A stretch of DNA of 62,449 nt, from positions 1 through 62,449 of the IMG/VR virus record IMGVR_UViG_3300030107_001678; one strand, 5' to 3'. Origin of the DNA: a virus. Lineage: Duplodnaviria; Caudoviricetes. The notes beneath the pieces were generated by a model. That model worked only from the letters and a program-made list of their open reading frames with translations. It was not told the origin of the DNA and made no database searches. Positions 18,004-28,627 of the stretch are shown here, in pieces. A program made the translations under genes and the position numbers. Position 1 is the first letter of the stretch, and each line of letters starts with the position of its first letter.

Positions 18004-19607
18004 CTTTTATAAGGATCTTGTGAAACTCTTCCTTTTATTTCTCTACGTACACCATATCCTCTTGGAGAAGTTTCTAAAGGTAGTTCTGCATCTCCAACTT
18101 CTTTTGTATAGAATGCTGCACCTAAAGGACTATACTTTAATCTTTTTCCTATTCCTAGTAAATCTTGTCCTAAATTTCTTATAGGTTTTTCTTTAGCTTT
18201 AGGTTTTACTTCTTTAACTTCTTTAGCTTTTTCAGCTCTTACTTTATCTGATTCTATTGAAGTACTAGAAGATTTAACAGTTTTAAATTGTTTTAAAACA
18301 TCTGCCATTTTTTTTGTAAAACTACCAGGTTTTCCTTCTCTAGTAATAAATTTATCTTTTACATAATCTTTAGCAATATCTTTTCCTGCACTTAATATTT
18401 CTTCTTTAACAGTATTTAAAATATCTTTACTATATATAGGTTCTATTTCTTTTTGACCATAACTATCACTATAAGTACCAGATAATCCTCTGTCAAATAC
18501 TGTATATGTATTACTTTCTAAAAGAGATTTAATTCTATTTTTTTCATTTGTTATATATTGTTCAGCTCCTAGTTCTGCTAGGTCTTCTTTCATTTTTGCA
18601 GAAAGATTAGGATCTCGTATTGATTGTGTTATAGCACCATGTGAACCATCTATAGAGCTATAATTATATTTTTGCCTAGATTGAATAAAAGTATCATTTA
18701 ATATAGCTTGTTTTACTCTTTCTTTTTCTTCAATAGAATTTATAATATTATATTCATTTTCTAAATCTTCAAATTTTTTTATATTTTCAAATGCATCATC
18801 TATTAAATATTCTTCTCTTGCATTATTTAAAACTGTATCATCTGATTCGTAATCAGGATCTTCAGATAATTGTCCATATCCAAAAGATACATCATCTATA
18901 AAATCATACTCTTCATTCTTTACTTGTTGTATAGCAAAATTAAAAGGAAGTTTTTTATTACTTGCTATAGTTCTTATTTCATTTTGTTCATTATCTAATT
19001 TTAATAATTCTAATATAGCTTTTTTTTGTGCCTTATTTTCATTATTATTTAAAATATCTAATTTTATTTCTAAACGCCTAGTTATATCATCTAATTGTTG
19101 TTTAAGTATATCTTTTTTAATAACTAGATCTCCACCAGGTGTAAGAAAATTAGTTATTTCGTTACCTTGTTTATCTACTCTATATGTATAACTTATAGGA
19201 ATTTTACTTGGATCTGTTATTTTTGAATATTCTGTAAGTCTATTTTTATGTTCTGCTAATTTTTTTATATCTTCATACAGATTTTCAACAGTACCTTGAT
19301 ATGTATTTTCTGTAAGACCACCAATTTCAAATTTTTTTTCTCTAGATAAGTTGTCTAATACCTTATTTTTTAAAGATTCTATTTTATAATATCGTTTTAT
19401 TAATTCTTTTGTTATAGGAATTTTTTTAAGTATTGAACTACCTTTTGAAATATTTCCTACAGCAGATAGACCACTATCTAATAAAGGTCCTGTAGCTATT
19501 TCTGTTGCTATACCTGTTAAACCTTTTCCAAAATCTCTACGAGATAAATCTGTACCAATACCTTTAGTTATTAAAGCAGGTAAACCTTTTTTATCGTCTG
19601 AAGGCAT
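17979..19607 (-). CDS. Tagged cassette protein 1: unknown helical payload with twin-Arg-like motif
   Basis: Probable start MPSDD at 19607 (AAGGAG RBS); SRRDFGKG; C-terminal tag shared with neighbours. Confidence 0.65.
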   Translation of the reverse strand: MPSDDKKGLPALITKGIGTDLSRRDFGKGLTGIATEIATGPLLDSGLSAVGNISKGSSILKKIPITKELIKRYYKIESLKNKVLDNLSREKKFEIGGLTENTYQGTVENLYEDIKKLAEHKNRLTEYSKITDPSKIPISYTYRVDKQGNEITNFLTPGGDLVIKKDILKQQLDDITRRLEIKLDILNNNENKAQKKAILELLKLDNEQNEIRTIASNKKLPFNFAIQQVKNEEYDFIDDVSFGYGQLSEDPDYESDDTVLNNAREEYLIDDAFENIKKFEDLENEYNIINSIEEKERVKQAILNDTFIQSRQKYNYSSIDGSHGAITQSIRDPNLSAKMKEDLAELGAEQYITNEKNRIKSLLESNTYTVFDRGLSGTYSDSYGQKEIEPIYSKDILNTVKEEILSAGKDIAKDYVKDKFITREGKPGSFTKKMADVLKQFKTVKSSSTSIESDKVRAEKAKEVKEVKPKAKEKPIRNLGQDLLGIGKRLKYSPLGAAFYTKEVGDAELPLETSPRGYGVRREIKGRVSQDPYKSYNTQRFI

Positions 19608-19693
19608 ATAATACTCCTTCAAACAATATAGCAAATACTATAATTGACATAAAAAATAACATGAATTTCCCCTATATACTATCTATTATACCA

Positions 19694-21235
19694 CTAAGTT
19701 CTCCAGTATGCAACCTTTTTCTTTCTAGGTTCATCTTCCCACTCAGGATCTTCAGGATGCGACAAGTGCCACGACTCTTTCATATAATGTATTGCCATAG
19801 TCATAGCATCAACTTGGTCATCATGTGCAGCATTAGGAAACCTTAACATTTCTTCTAATAAGTCTTCTGACCATTTTTTATTTTGTGGTATCCATACACG
19901 ACCTGATTCCATCATAGGAGATGCTGCATATACTCTGGATACCTTATCTTTATCTGGTAAATATTCTAATACAGGCACACCAGATCTACGCATATCTTGT
20001 ATTAATGATTGTCCTGATGCTTTCTTTTCTATCATACAAACATCAGGTTTATGCTCATGGTATAATAATTGAGCCATACGTCTTAATTCTGGATATTCAA
20101 ATCTTCCTTTTATATTTCCTAATAAAATTAAATTTGATTGATACGATTCATATCCTTCTTCATCCTGATCATACATGGAGAATATACCCCATGTCTGAAT
20201 AACACTATAATCTGCTGTAGTTTTTGTAGAGAATGCTGTATCATATGTTTGTATTATAAAATCACATGTAGGTGGTTCTGCATATTCCCACCAACGTATC
20301 CATTTCTTTTTTATTAATCCCCCTTCATCTGGTGTGGGATCTTGCATATACAAAGCATTCCAGTATCGTGCACCATTTGACGCTTTAATTTCTGATTCAT
20401 CTACTTTTAATATGTTATCTGGCTTCCATTCAGGAAAATAACTAGAACCTACAGGTAAATCTAATAATTCTGATGCTTCTTCATCAAGCCATGCTGGAAT
20501 ACGTACAACATCCCAAGGAGTTACAGCATAATCTCCTACATTTTCTTGTTGTTTTAATAACCATCCACAGAGATCATCATAATGATACCTTGTATTAATA
20601 ATTAATATGGAACCATTAGGCATAATACGTGTTCTTAGTCCTGCTGGATACCATTCCTTAACGTATCTTCTACCTGCTTCAGAGTATGAGTCTTCTTCTG
20701 ACATGACATCATCAAGGATCGCAATGTGTGCACCTCTTCCTGCAATCTGGGATCGTACTCCTGCAGCATAGTAGGTTCCTCCAATATTTGTTTTCCATTT
20801 TCCTGCTGCTCGTACATCTGTACGTAAGGACACTCCTTTGAAAATATCCTGAAATGTTTCTTCATTAACAATATCTCTGACAGAACGACCAAAATCGCTT
20901 GATAACTGGTCACTATGGGAAACAGTAAGTATTTCATGTTCTGGATTCCTTCCAATATACCATGCAGGAAACAATTTAGAACAGATAACAGACTTAGAAG
21001 ACCTGGGTGGTAGAAAAACCATAAGTCTTTTTATCTCTCCAGCTTCTAATTGTCTTAGTTTTTCACTAATAACCTCTATATGTCTACCCATTTTCCAATC
21101 AGAAACAAGTTTTGGAGCCATTTGGCGAACAAATGTCAAGAAATCTACCTTAGATTCCTGTTGAACTTTTGTACTTAATAGATTATTAAGAGTTAAAAGA
21201 GGTGATATGTCTATAGAGTTCTCTATAGTTTCCAA
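19694..21235 (-). CDS. terL: Terminase large subunit
   Basis: PPRSSKS Walker A, IAILDD Walker B, TYDTA and HDDQVDAM nuclease motifs. Confidence 0.92.
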   Translation of the reverse strand: METIENSIDISPLLTLNNLLSTKVQQESKVDFLTFVRQMAPKLVSDWKMGRHIEVISEKLRQLEAGEIKRLMVFLPPRSSKSVICSKLFPAWYIGRNPEHEILTVSHSDQLSSDFGRSVRDIVNEETFQDIFKGVSLRTDVRAAGKWKTNIGGTYYAAGVRSQIAGRGAHIAILDDVMSEEDSYSEAGRRYVKEWYPAGLRTRIMPNGSILIINTRYHYDDLCGWLLKQQENVGDYAVTPWDVVRIPAWLDEEASELLDLPVGSSYFPEWKPDNILKVDESEIKASNGARYWNALYMQDPTPDEGGLIKKKWIRWWEYAEPPTCDFIIQTYDTAFSTKTTADYSVIQTWGIFSMYDQDEEGYESYQSNLILLGNIKGRFEYPELRRMAQLLYHEHKPDVCMIEKKASGQSLIQDMRRSGVPVLEYLPDKDKVSRVYAASPMMESGRVWIPQNKKWSEDLLEEMLRFPNAAHDDQVDAMTMAIHYMKESWHLSHPEDPEWEDEPRKKKVAYWRT

Positions 21236-21349
21236 TATTATAATCCTTGTTGTATATTATTATATATTTAATAAGAAAAAAACAAAAAACAAAATGAAAA
21301 ACAAAATATAATATACTTGTGGTTTTTAAATCTTTATATATTATATATA

Positions 21350-21378
21350 ATTATACACTACTCCCCACTTAAAGTCAA
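21350..21378 (-). promoter_or_regulatory. Sigma70-like promoter for terL operon
   Basis: TTGACT-17 nt-TATAAT on the minus strand. Confidence 0.65.
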
Positions 21379-21885
21379 GTCTTTTTTTTATTTTTAGTTA
21401 TTAACCCTAGTTTTTAGGTAAATATGTGGGGGTATCATATATATATAATACACACGTGCGAATTTTTTGGGGTGGGGTGGTGCAATTCCTTTTATAATAA
21501 TGCGAATCATTCTCAATAGATACCTTATTAAAAAGAATCTTTTAAAATTTACTATAATATAGGTAAATCTTTTATAATTTGTTTATTACTCTATAAATTA
21601 TAATCGTAAACAAGTGTATTATGCCTATATATCTCTTAAAAACCTTATAAAACAAGGTATTTGCTACAATCTAATAATAATTATTAGTTATTATTATTAA
21701 TACTATTGATTATTATTAATAGTTATTATGATTATTCAATATAGTGTTTAATAGCATTTTAAGCGTTGCTAATAGCGTTTAGTAATTTAATGTATATTAG
21801 TACATTAAACTAGTTTATGTTAATTGTGGGTTATTATAGAGCTATTTAAAGGTATTTTAATATCTATATCTTTATAATATAGGTA

Positions 21886-21925
21886 TAAAAAAAGAACTAC
21901 TAAAATTAATTAATAGTTCTTTTTA
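21886..21925. terminator. Intrinsic terminator-like hairpin
   Basis: AAAAAGAACTA...TAGTTCTTTTT just downstream of 21947..22147. Confidence 0.55.
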
Positions 21926-21946
21926 TTTAGGGATGTTTTATTTTAA

Positions 21947-22147
21947 TTATCTATTTAATAAATAACTATGTAATTCACTTAAATTGATTTGATTAAATGG
22001 AATATTAAATTTCCTAGAGATTTCATTCATTAAAGTGATAGAATGAAAACCATTTTTAATATACTTCTCATTATTAGGAAAATGAGAACCAGTTTTAAAA
22101 GATTGATTTATATAACTATCTATATATTTTTTAATTTCATTATTCAT
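21947..22147 (-). CDS. Hypothetical protein
   Basis: AAGGA RBS. Confidence 0.45.
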   Translation of the reverse strand: MNNEIKKYIDSYINQSFKTGSHFPNNEKYIKNGFHSITLMNEISRKFNIPFNQINLSELHSYLLNR

Positions 22148-22167
22148 TATTTTTTTATTCCTTTATT

Positions 22168-22446
22168 TTAATTTTCATAAGCCATTAAAGTTCCTGCATC
22201 GTGTGGCTCACCATACCATCCTGCATTAGTAAGTATTTTTTCTAATTTAGGGTGAATGTCATAGCCAAACTCTTCATAATAATCAAATATGCGTAAATCG
22301 TCAGAGGCATAATCCTCACTACCTTTAAACCATATGCCTACTACTTCAGTATCATCATAAAATTCACTTGCTTTTATTGGTTTAGCTTCAGGCATTAGTT
22401 TATTAATCCTTTTTATTAAAGCATTTTCAGTTAATTTTTTGTTCAT
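22168..22446 (-). CDS. Hypothetical protein
   Basis: AAGGA RBS; HPKLEKIL..GWYGEPHDAGT. Confidence 0.6.
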   Translation of the reverse strand: MNKKLTENALIKRINKLMPEAKPIKASEFYDDTEVVGIWFKGSEDYASDDLRIFDYYEEFGYDIHPKLEKILTNAGWYGEPHDAGTLMAYEN

Positions 22447-22523
22447 GTTTTGTTTCCTTTATACTGTTTATTATTAATATTAATTATGTTATAGCATTTT
22501 AAAAAATATTAATGCAAGTTATT

Positions 22524-23174
22524 TTATATATTTTTATCCAATCTACCATTTATTTTAACAGCTTCCACAATCGTATTTATATTATTAAACTCATAACATT
22601 TAAAACAATCCTTGCATTTTTGCCCAGTACAATTCTGCTTATTTATGAATTTATCATGTGATACATTATTAAAAGTTTTATTGAAATACTTAGGAATATT
22701 ATTTTTATCTATAATATTATTTATTTTTGGATTGCTATAAACTAATATTAAATTAGATGGTTTTTTATTATTATCAAAATACTTTTTAATTATATCTTTT
22801 CTTTTTGACCATAAAGCAAAATTTGTTCTTTTATATTTATTACAAATTAATACGATATTATGTAAATGCATTTCATTAATTAATTCACCATGTGCATTAA
22901 TTCTTATATATAATTCATTAATAAAGGGAATTTGATTGTTTTTTAATTCTTTTTTACTTAATAAATCAGAATTACGTTGCAAACAATTTTGCATATTTTT
23001 TCTATATGTATTTAACATACTATGGGAATAACAAAACTTACAAATTATATTATCAGATTTTGTTTTATTCATTTTTAAACAAAAATTATTTGTTACTGTA
23101 TTAGTAGAAATTGCTTTTAAACTTTCAAGCTTTCCAGTCATTTTTGAAATATGTATTAAATCGTTTTTATTCAT
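22524..23174 (-). CDS. Gp88-like Cys-rich (radical-SAM-related) protein
   Basis: C..ICKFCYS, IRINAHGEL, FALWSK, CTGQKCKDCFKCY. Confidence 0.6.
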   Translation of the reverse strand: MNKNDLIHISKMTGKLESLKAISTNTVTNNFCLKMNKTKSDNIICKFCYSHSMLNTYRKNMQNCLQRNSDLLSKKELKNNQIPFINELYIRINAHGELINEMHLHNIVLICNKYKRTNFALWSKRKDIIKKYFDNNKKPSNLILVYSNPKINNIIDKNNIPKYFNKTFNNVSHDKFINKQNCTGQKCKDCFKCYEFNNINTIVEAVKINGRLDKNI

Positions 23175-23238
23175 TTTTTAAAACCTCTATAAAATTAAAC
23201 ATACTATTTAATATAATTATAAAATTTTAATTGTCAAT

Positions 23239-23443
23239 TGTTATAAATGCATAGCTGTTATGCAATAATTAGTTATGTTATAAATGCATAGCTGTTATGC
23301 AATAATTAGATATGTCTTTTATGCATAACTAAGTATGTAATAATTAGTTATGTTATAAATGCATAACTAGCTATGCACATGACTAGCTATGCAAAAATAT
23401 ACTAGCTAATAAACATATAACTAGCTATGCAAAAAATGCATAT
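23239..23443. repeat. Array of GCATA-N5/6-TATGC palindromes
   Basis: 37-nt-period direct repeat TGTTATAAATGCATAGCTGTTATGCAATAATTAG, plus ACTAGCTATGC repeats and TATGCAAAAAATGCATA. Confidence 0.8.
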
Positions 23444-23615
23444 CTATTTTACAGGCGTTTTTAAGCTCGTCAGTAAACGATAGCACCTTTAAGCTACGAT
23501 AGTATACAAGCAAGACGTTATCAAAATATAAGTTTTTCCTATAACAAGTATAAGTTGAAATTATATTTAATTGTGTTATGGTAAATTATGTTTAACAAAA
23601 ACGAGGATAACGAAA

Positions 23616-23891
23616 ATGAATAAATATCAAACAATAACACGACACTTAGTGTCAGATAATACAGAAGCTTTTAATAAAAATTTATATAAATTACCATTCT
23701 TTAATATATACTTTTTAAAAGCAATTAAAACTGAAAATAATTTAAAATTTACTTTACCTAATACTAATAATTATGTAAGTAAAAATTATGGTTTTAAACA
23801 AATTGTTGACATTCCAAAAACTCTATGGAAAAAATTAGAGAAAAATAATAAAAGATATGTTAATGATAATTCAAGAATAGAGAAAGTATAA
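23616..23891 (+). CDS. Hypothetical early protein
   Basis: GAGG RBS before MNKYQ at 23616. Confidence 0.5.
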   Translation: MNKYQTITRHLVSDNTEAFNKNLYKLPFFNIYFLKAIKTENNLKFTLPNTNNYVSKNYGFKQIVDIPKTLWKKLEKNNKRYVNDNSRIEKV

Positions 23892-23897
23892 TAATAG

Positions 23898-23926
23898 TTG
23901 ACAAGTTTGTTAGTATCTTGTATAAA
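23898..23926 (+). promoter_or_regulatory. Sigma70-like early promoter
   Basis: TTGACA-17 nt-TATAAA; similar promoters at 24410-24437 and 26723-26751. Confidence 0.6.
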
Positions 23927-23964
23927 AAAACTAACATATATAAAATAATAAAGGAGAATGTATA

Positions 23965-26900
23965 ATGGCACAAGTAAAATATCTTATGATGCAAGATGAG
24001 GAGCATTGGTGCGAAGATGTATATGATATACTAAAACAAGGGCATGAGGATTTTTATTTCTTTGCATCTGAAGTTATGGATAATCTTATACATCCAAACC
24101 CAAACTTAACTGAACAAGAAGTTATGGAAGAACTGGAATGGGTATGGGAAGAACATACTATCAATCATGCTGACGCATATTAAGGAGAATAAAATGATAA
24201 CACTTATGAAAATAGTTGGAAGTTTTGCTTTGTTTCATTCAATAGCAAGTATATTTTTTCTTATGTATTTTAAATATCCTATTGATTTATTTATGTTTTT
24301 TATATTTGCTTTTGAATTTGCAATAGGAATATTATTATTTATAGGAATTAAAATATTAAGAGATGAGTATTACCATAAAAATTACCAATCTGGTAATAAA
24401 AAATAATACTTGACATAAAAATTTACATGAGTATAATAGAAATAAATTAAGGAGAAAAATAAATGACTAAAGAACAAATACTAGATAAACTATATCAAGC
24501 AAGAGACTATGCATCTAATGCTTTGAATGTTGCACAACAAGCAAGTGAATTGGCATCAGAAGCAGAAACACAAGCAGTAGAAACATATGATAATCTATGT
24601 GATGCTATTAACATGGTAGAGGAATTAAAAGATGAGTGATAAACAATTAGCTGAAAAACATTTTGGTATGTTGTATGACAACTGGATTGATGATGAACTA
24701 AAACACTATGAAGAATACTATAGGGTGGAAGATGCAGATTTAATAACAACATCTAGATTAGAAGAACATAATTACAAAGACTTGAGAGTACTAAAAGATT
24801 TTTTTGAGGAGAATCATTATGCCTAATTATACTATAATAACATACGCAACATTAAATACTGAATATAAAATAAAAGCAAAGGATGAAGATGAAGCTTTTG
24901 AAAAATATTATTCTGGAGAATGGTATGAGTCTGGAGAGTTAGATGTTCATGATGAACAAATAGATACAATAGCAGTAGATGAGGAGATGAGTGATGAGGA
25001 ATAAAAAGACTTGGGTATATTTGTATGGAGATGAGTGTTCTGAAATATGGCAACACTTTGGATTTACTAATCCAGATAAAGATGATAGAATCAAATTAAA
25101 GTTTATTGAATTTCAATCAGTAGACTCTCAAATGGAGATGAGTGATGATTAGTAGAGGATATAGAATAACAGAGTTTAGAGATAAATGGAAAACTATTTA
25201 TAGTAAAACATTTTTCAATAAGTATATACCTATTCATGAAGATGTATGGGTAGATGATAAAGAGTTTATAAAAGCTATGAAGAAACCAGATGGTGAAAGA
25301 TACATATGGACAATAGGAGAAGAAGATGGTAATTACTATGTGCATAGTGGGTATCATTGGGTTAATAGATTAGGTTTTATAATAACTAAAAATAAATGGG
25401 AGCATGACATGAATATACAAGTGTTAGGATATTAAAATGAGTAATTTTGATAGCTATAAACTTAAAGATAAAACAAAACATGGTCTTATAGATAAAATAA
25501 TTTTACATGATAGTAATGTTTATTTTGTAATTAAAAATAAATGGTTTTTATTAGATGAATTATAAAGGAGAATGATAATGACTAAAATAAAATATAAAAA
25601 GTATGCAGATGTAAACACATCAGTTGAGAGCATGGCTCTTGATGCATACAAAGTAAGTAATATAAAACAAATACCATTGGCAGAGTTACAAGATTTTGCT
25701 AATGAATTAGAAGAAGGATTTACAGATTTAGATAACCAACAATATAGTGAAGGAGAAAAATATGAAAGTTGATAAAGTTGTAGACATAATACACGCAATA
25801 GATGACAAGAAAGTTCCCTCTGATATAATAGATATTCTTGATGTATCGCATTGGTCAGAAGGATTAGAAGATTACATAGATGTAGGTGATATGGATATAT
25901 ATCATCTGTTAAGAACTTTTAATATATTGTTGCGTGATAGAGAGAAACTTACTAAAGTAATAAAAGCATTGGAGATTGATAATGAATAACTACAGTATAA
26001 TAACAGTAGCAACAGTAACTACTGAATATATAGTAAAAGCAAAGAATAAAAAAGAAGCAGAAGAAAACTTCTGGGATGGTGAATATACAGAAGAAGGTAT
26101 ATTAGATTATCATGACGAACAAGTAGATGACATAGCAATATATGAGGAGAATGTATAGTGATGAAAACTTGTGAAAATTGTAAAGTTAATAAAGGTGAAG
26201 AAGAAGATATGACATATAAATTTGTTCCTATATTATTGTGTGATGATTGCTACACAGGAATACGATATTGGATTGCAGATGAATTAGATATTCATGTACA
26301 AGGAGTAGACATATGAAAATGACTAAAGAAGAATTAGAAAGTTTATATGTGAGTGAACTTACATTTGAAACTGAAGATAAAAATGGAAAGGTAAGATATT
26401 GGAGAACCACATATAAGTTTGACCATTCGTTTATATGTGATGCTATTGAGGAAAATGACTTGGAAGAAATAAAAGAGAAAGAAGGAGATTAAAATGATAT
26501 TAGTTTATTATAAAATAAAAGATGGAGACTATGAATATACAGAGTTCTCATGGTTTTCAGAAGGCACACATAAAGATTGGCAACAACACGTTATAAAAGA
26601 TAAGTGGTTAATTGAAGAAGTTTATCCTCAAGATGAGAGACATATACGAGTAGATTATGTTAGAGATATAACACCAAAAGATTTAAAAGTATTAACGAAA
26701 TATGAAATAGTTTTTAATTAACTTGACATTTAAAATAAAATAGTGTATGTTATATTATGAAAAAAAATAATTATATTATAGCTCTCTTATCTACAGATAA
26801 AGATATAATGTTAGAGCCATTGGCTACATTTAGTGGAGACACTATGTATTTTAAAACAGAAAGAGATGCCAAAGATTATGTTGACAAACTACTAGATAGA

Positions 26901-27258
26901 AATGGTCTTGGAGATATTGAAGCATTTGAAATGGAAGCATTAAAAATTATAAGAGTACAATAGGAGAAAGTAAATACATAAATCACAAATACATAAAGAT
27001 GTTTTAAAGTTAAAGAAAAATGCTACGTTTAATGCAGAAGATGTGTTGGCTTGGTTAAAATATAATCAAGAATTACTACCTGCATTACGAAAACAAGCAC
27101 GAAAGACACCTAGAATAGAAGGTGCTAAAGCAAGACTAGCAGATGTTCAAGGGTATATAAAAATGCTTACAAGATACTTGAGACATGGTGATTGGTGTAG
27201 TAATTTTTATGGTAAAGACCAAGAGTTTAAAACAAAATGGAAGGTAATTAAAAAATGA
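23965..27258 (+). other. Cluster of roughly 17 short, mostly acidic hypothetical early genes
   Basis: Tightly packed ORFs with GGAG RBSs, e.g. 23965-24183, 24194-24406, 24463-24639, 24632-24826, 24819-25004, 25142-25435, 25572-25772, 25982-26158, 26494-26721, 26757-26963. Confidence 0.6.
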
Positions 27259-27749
27259 GGTATGTAATAGGAAGTATTTATTTTTTTATAGCTATACTTA
27301 TGTTATATAGTTGGTCAATAAATGCAATAGCTGATGATGGAAGAGATTGTTTAGCTGAAGCAGTCTATTATGAAGCAAGGTCAGAAAGTTTTGAAGGTAA
27401 GTTAGCAGTAGCTAATGTAATATTAGAAAGATTAAGAAGAGAAGATTTTCCAAATACTATTTGCAAAGTTGTGCATGATGGTGTATATTGGAAAAATAAT
27501 ATAGTAAGAAACAAATGTGCTTTTTCTTATTATTGTGATGGAAAACATGAACGTATGTTAAATATAAAAGCTAAAGCAGACGCATATACAATAGCTGACT
27601 TTGCTTTGAATGGTGTAGAATTACACGATACTTTAGGTGCTACACATTATCATGCAGTTTATGTACATCCCAAGTGGGCAGATGAATTTTATTTCATTAC
27701 TAAAATAGGAAAACATTTATTTTATTTAAAGGATTATAATGAAAATTAA
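27255..27749 (+). CDS. SleB-like cell wall hydrolase (Hydrolase_2)
   Basis: CLAEAVYYEARSE..AVANVIL.R..FPNTICKVV..FSY..GATHYHA..IGKHLFY; N-terminal TM/signal. Confidence 0.88.
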   Translation: MRYVIGSIYFFIAILMLYSWSINAIADDGRDCLAEAVYYEARSESFEGKLAVANVILERLRREDFPNTICKVVHDGVYWKNNIVRNKCAFSYYCDGKHERMLNIKAKADAYTIADFALNGVELHDTLGATHYHAVYVHPKWADEFYFITKIGKHLFYLKDYNEN

Positions 27750-27870
27750 TTTTGTATATAAAAATGAATATGTGAGAAAGAAAACTGCGATTGGTCGTTC
27801 TAATTTAAGTAGACCATTAAATAAACATAAGCGAAGACAATGGAAAAAATATAGAGGACAAGGAAAATGA
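27739..27870 (+). CDS. Small basic protein ending KKYRGQGK
   Basis: Read by hand; overlaps both neighbours. Confidence 0.5.
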   Translation: MKINFVYKNEYVRKKTAIGRSNLSRPLNKHKRRQWKKYRGQGK

Positions 27871-28091
27871 GAACTAGATTTAATGAGATAGAATTGTTAC
27901 GTAAAAATATAAAAGATTTACAAGGACAATTACAAAATGCTTACATAAGAATAAAAGAATTAACAGAAGCATTACATGAAGAAAGAAAAAGAGCAGGGCA
28001 TCAAAACCAATACACAACAGAATTTGGATGGGCTGAACCATCAGAAAATCCAGATGCAACACATATAGAGGAGAAAAAAGATGACAAATAG
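27867..28091 (+). CDS. Coiled-coil hypothetical protein
   Basis: LQGQLQNAYIRIKEL. Confidence 0.55.
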   Translation: MRTRFNEIELLRKNIKDLQGQLQNAYIRIKELTEALHEERKRAGHQNQYTTEFGWAEPSENPDATHIEEKKDDK

Positions 28092-28446
28092 TTTTATCCA
28101 ATGGATAGAAAACGAAGCTAAAGCATATGAAAGGAGAAATAATATGGCTAAAGCAAAAACACCTAAAGCAGAGATGACTTTAGATGAAAAACAAAAGAAA
28201 GCATTACTTGACATTTTTAATGCAGGTAATAGTTTTGCAAATAGTTATAGAGAGTCAGGCATTAAGTATATAACTGCCTGGGAAATAGAACAACTATTAG
28301 ATTTAATAGATGACATGAAAGATTTATATGGCATATCACCTAGAAAATCTGATGAGCCAGACATGCATGGGGATATTTATCCTTGGCATTGGGCAGATCA
28401 TGTATGGTCTGATGATCCTCAAGCATGGAAGAGGAAAGATGATTGA
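28081..28446 (+). CDS. Hypothetical protein
   Basis: In operon; an alternative start at MAKAK has an AGGAG RBS. Confidence 0.5.
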   Translation: MTNSFIQWIENEAKAYERRNNMAKAKTPKAEMTLDEKQKKALLDIFNAGNSFANSYRESGIKYITAWEIEQLLDLIDDMKDLYGISPRKSDEPDMHGDIYPWHWADHVWSDDPQAWKRKDD

Positions 28447-28624
28447 AGATCTAAAGAGAGAGCAAAGTCAAGTTTATCGTGAGTTTCTAAAAGAATATCT
28501 ATCAGAAGGATATGATTTAGAAGAAGCAAAAGAGTTAGCTAAACAAGATACAATGGAAGTTATGCAAGATAAGCTTGACTTTGTAGAAGAATTGTGGGAT
28601 AATTCATTTGATAATTTGGATTAG
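28439..28624 (+). CDS. Hypothetical acidic protein
   Basis: Probable start MIEDL; EGYDLEEAKELA. Confidence 0.5.
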   Translation: MIEDLKREQSQVYREFLKEYLSEGYDLEEAKELAKQDTMEVMQDKLDFVEELWDNSFDNLD

Positions 28625-28627
28625 AGC

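Noticed and set aside
23239-23443. CRISPR-like or mini-array interpretation of the repeats
   Set aside because: Repeats are nearly contiguous and degenerate, with no unique spacers of about 30 nt and no cas operon. The Cas4-like gene is a routine phage exonuclease.
23965-27258. Stop-codon reassignment explaining the many short ORFs
   Set aside because: Core genes are intact in the standard code, all three stops are used, and the short ORFs have their own RBSs.
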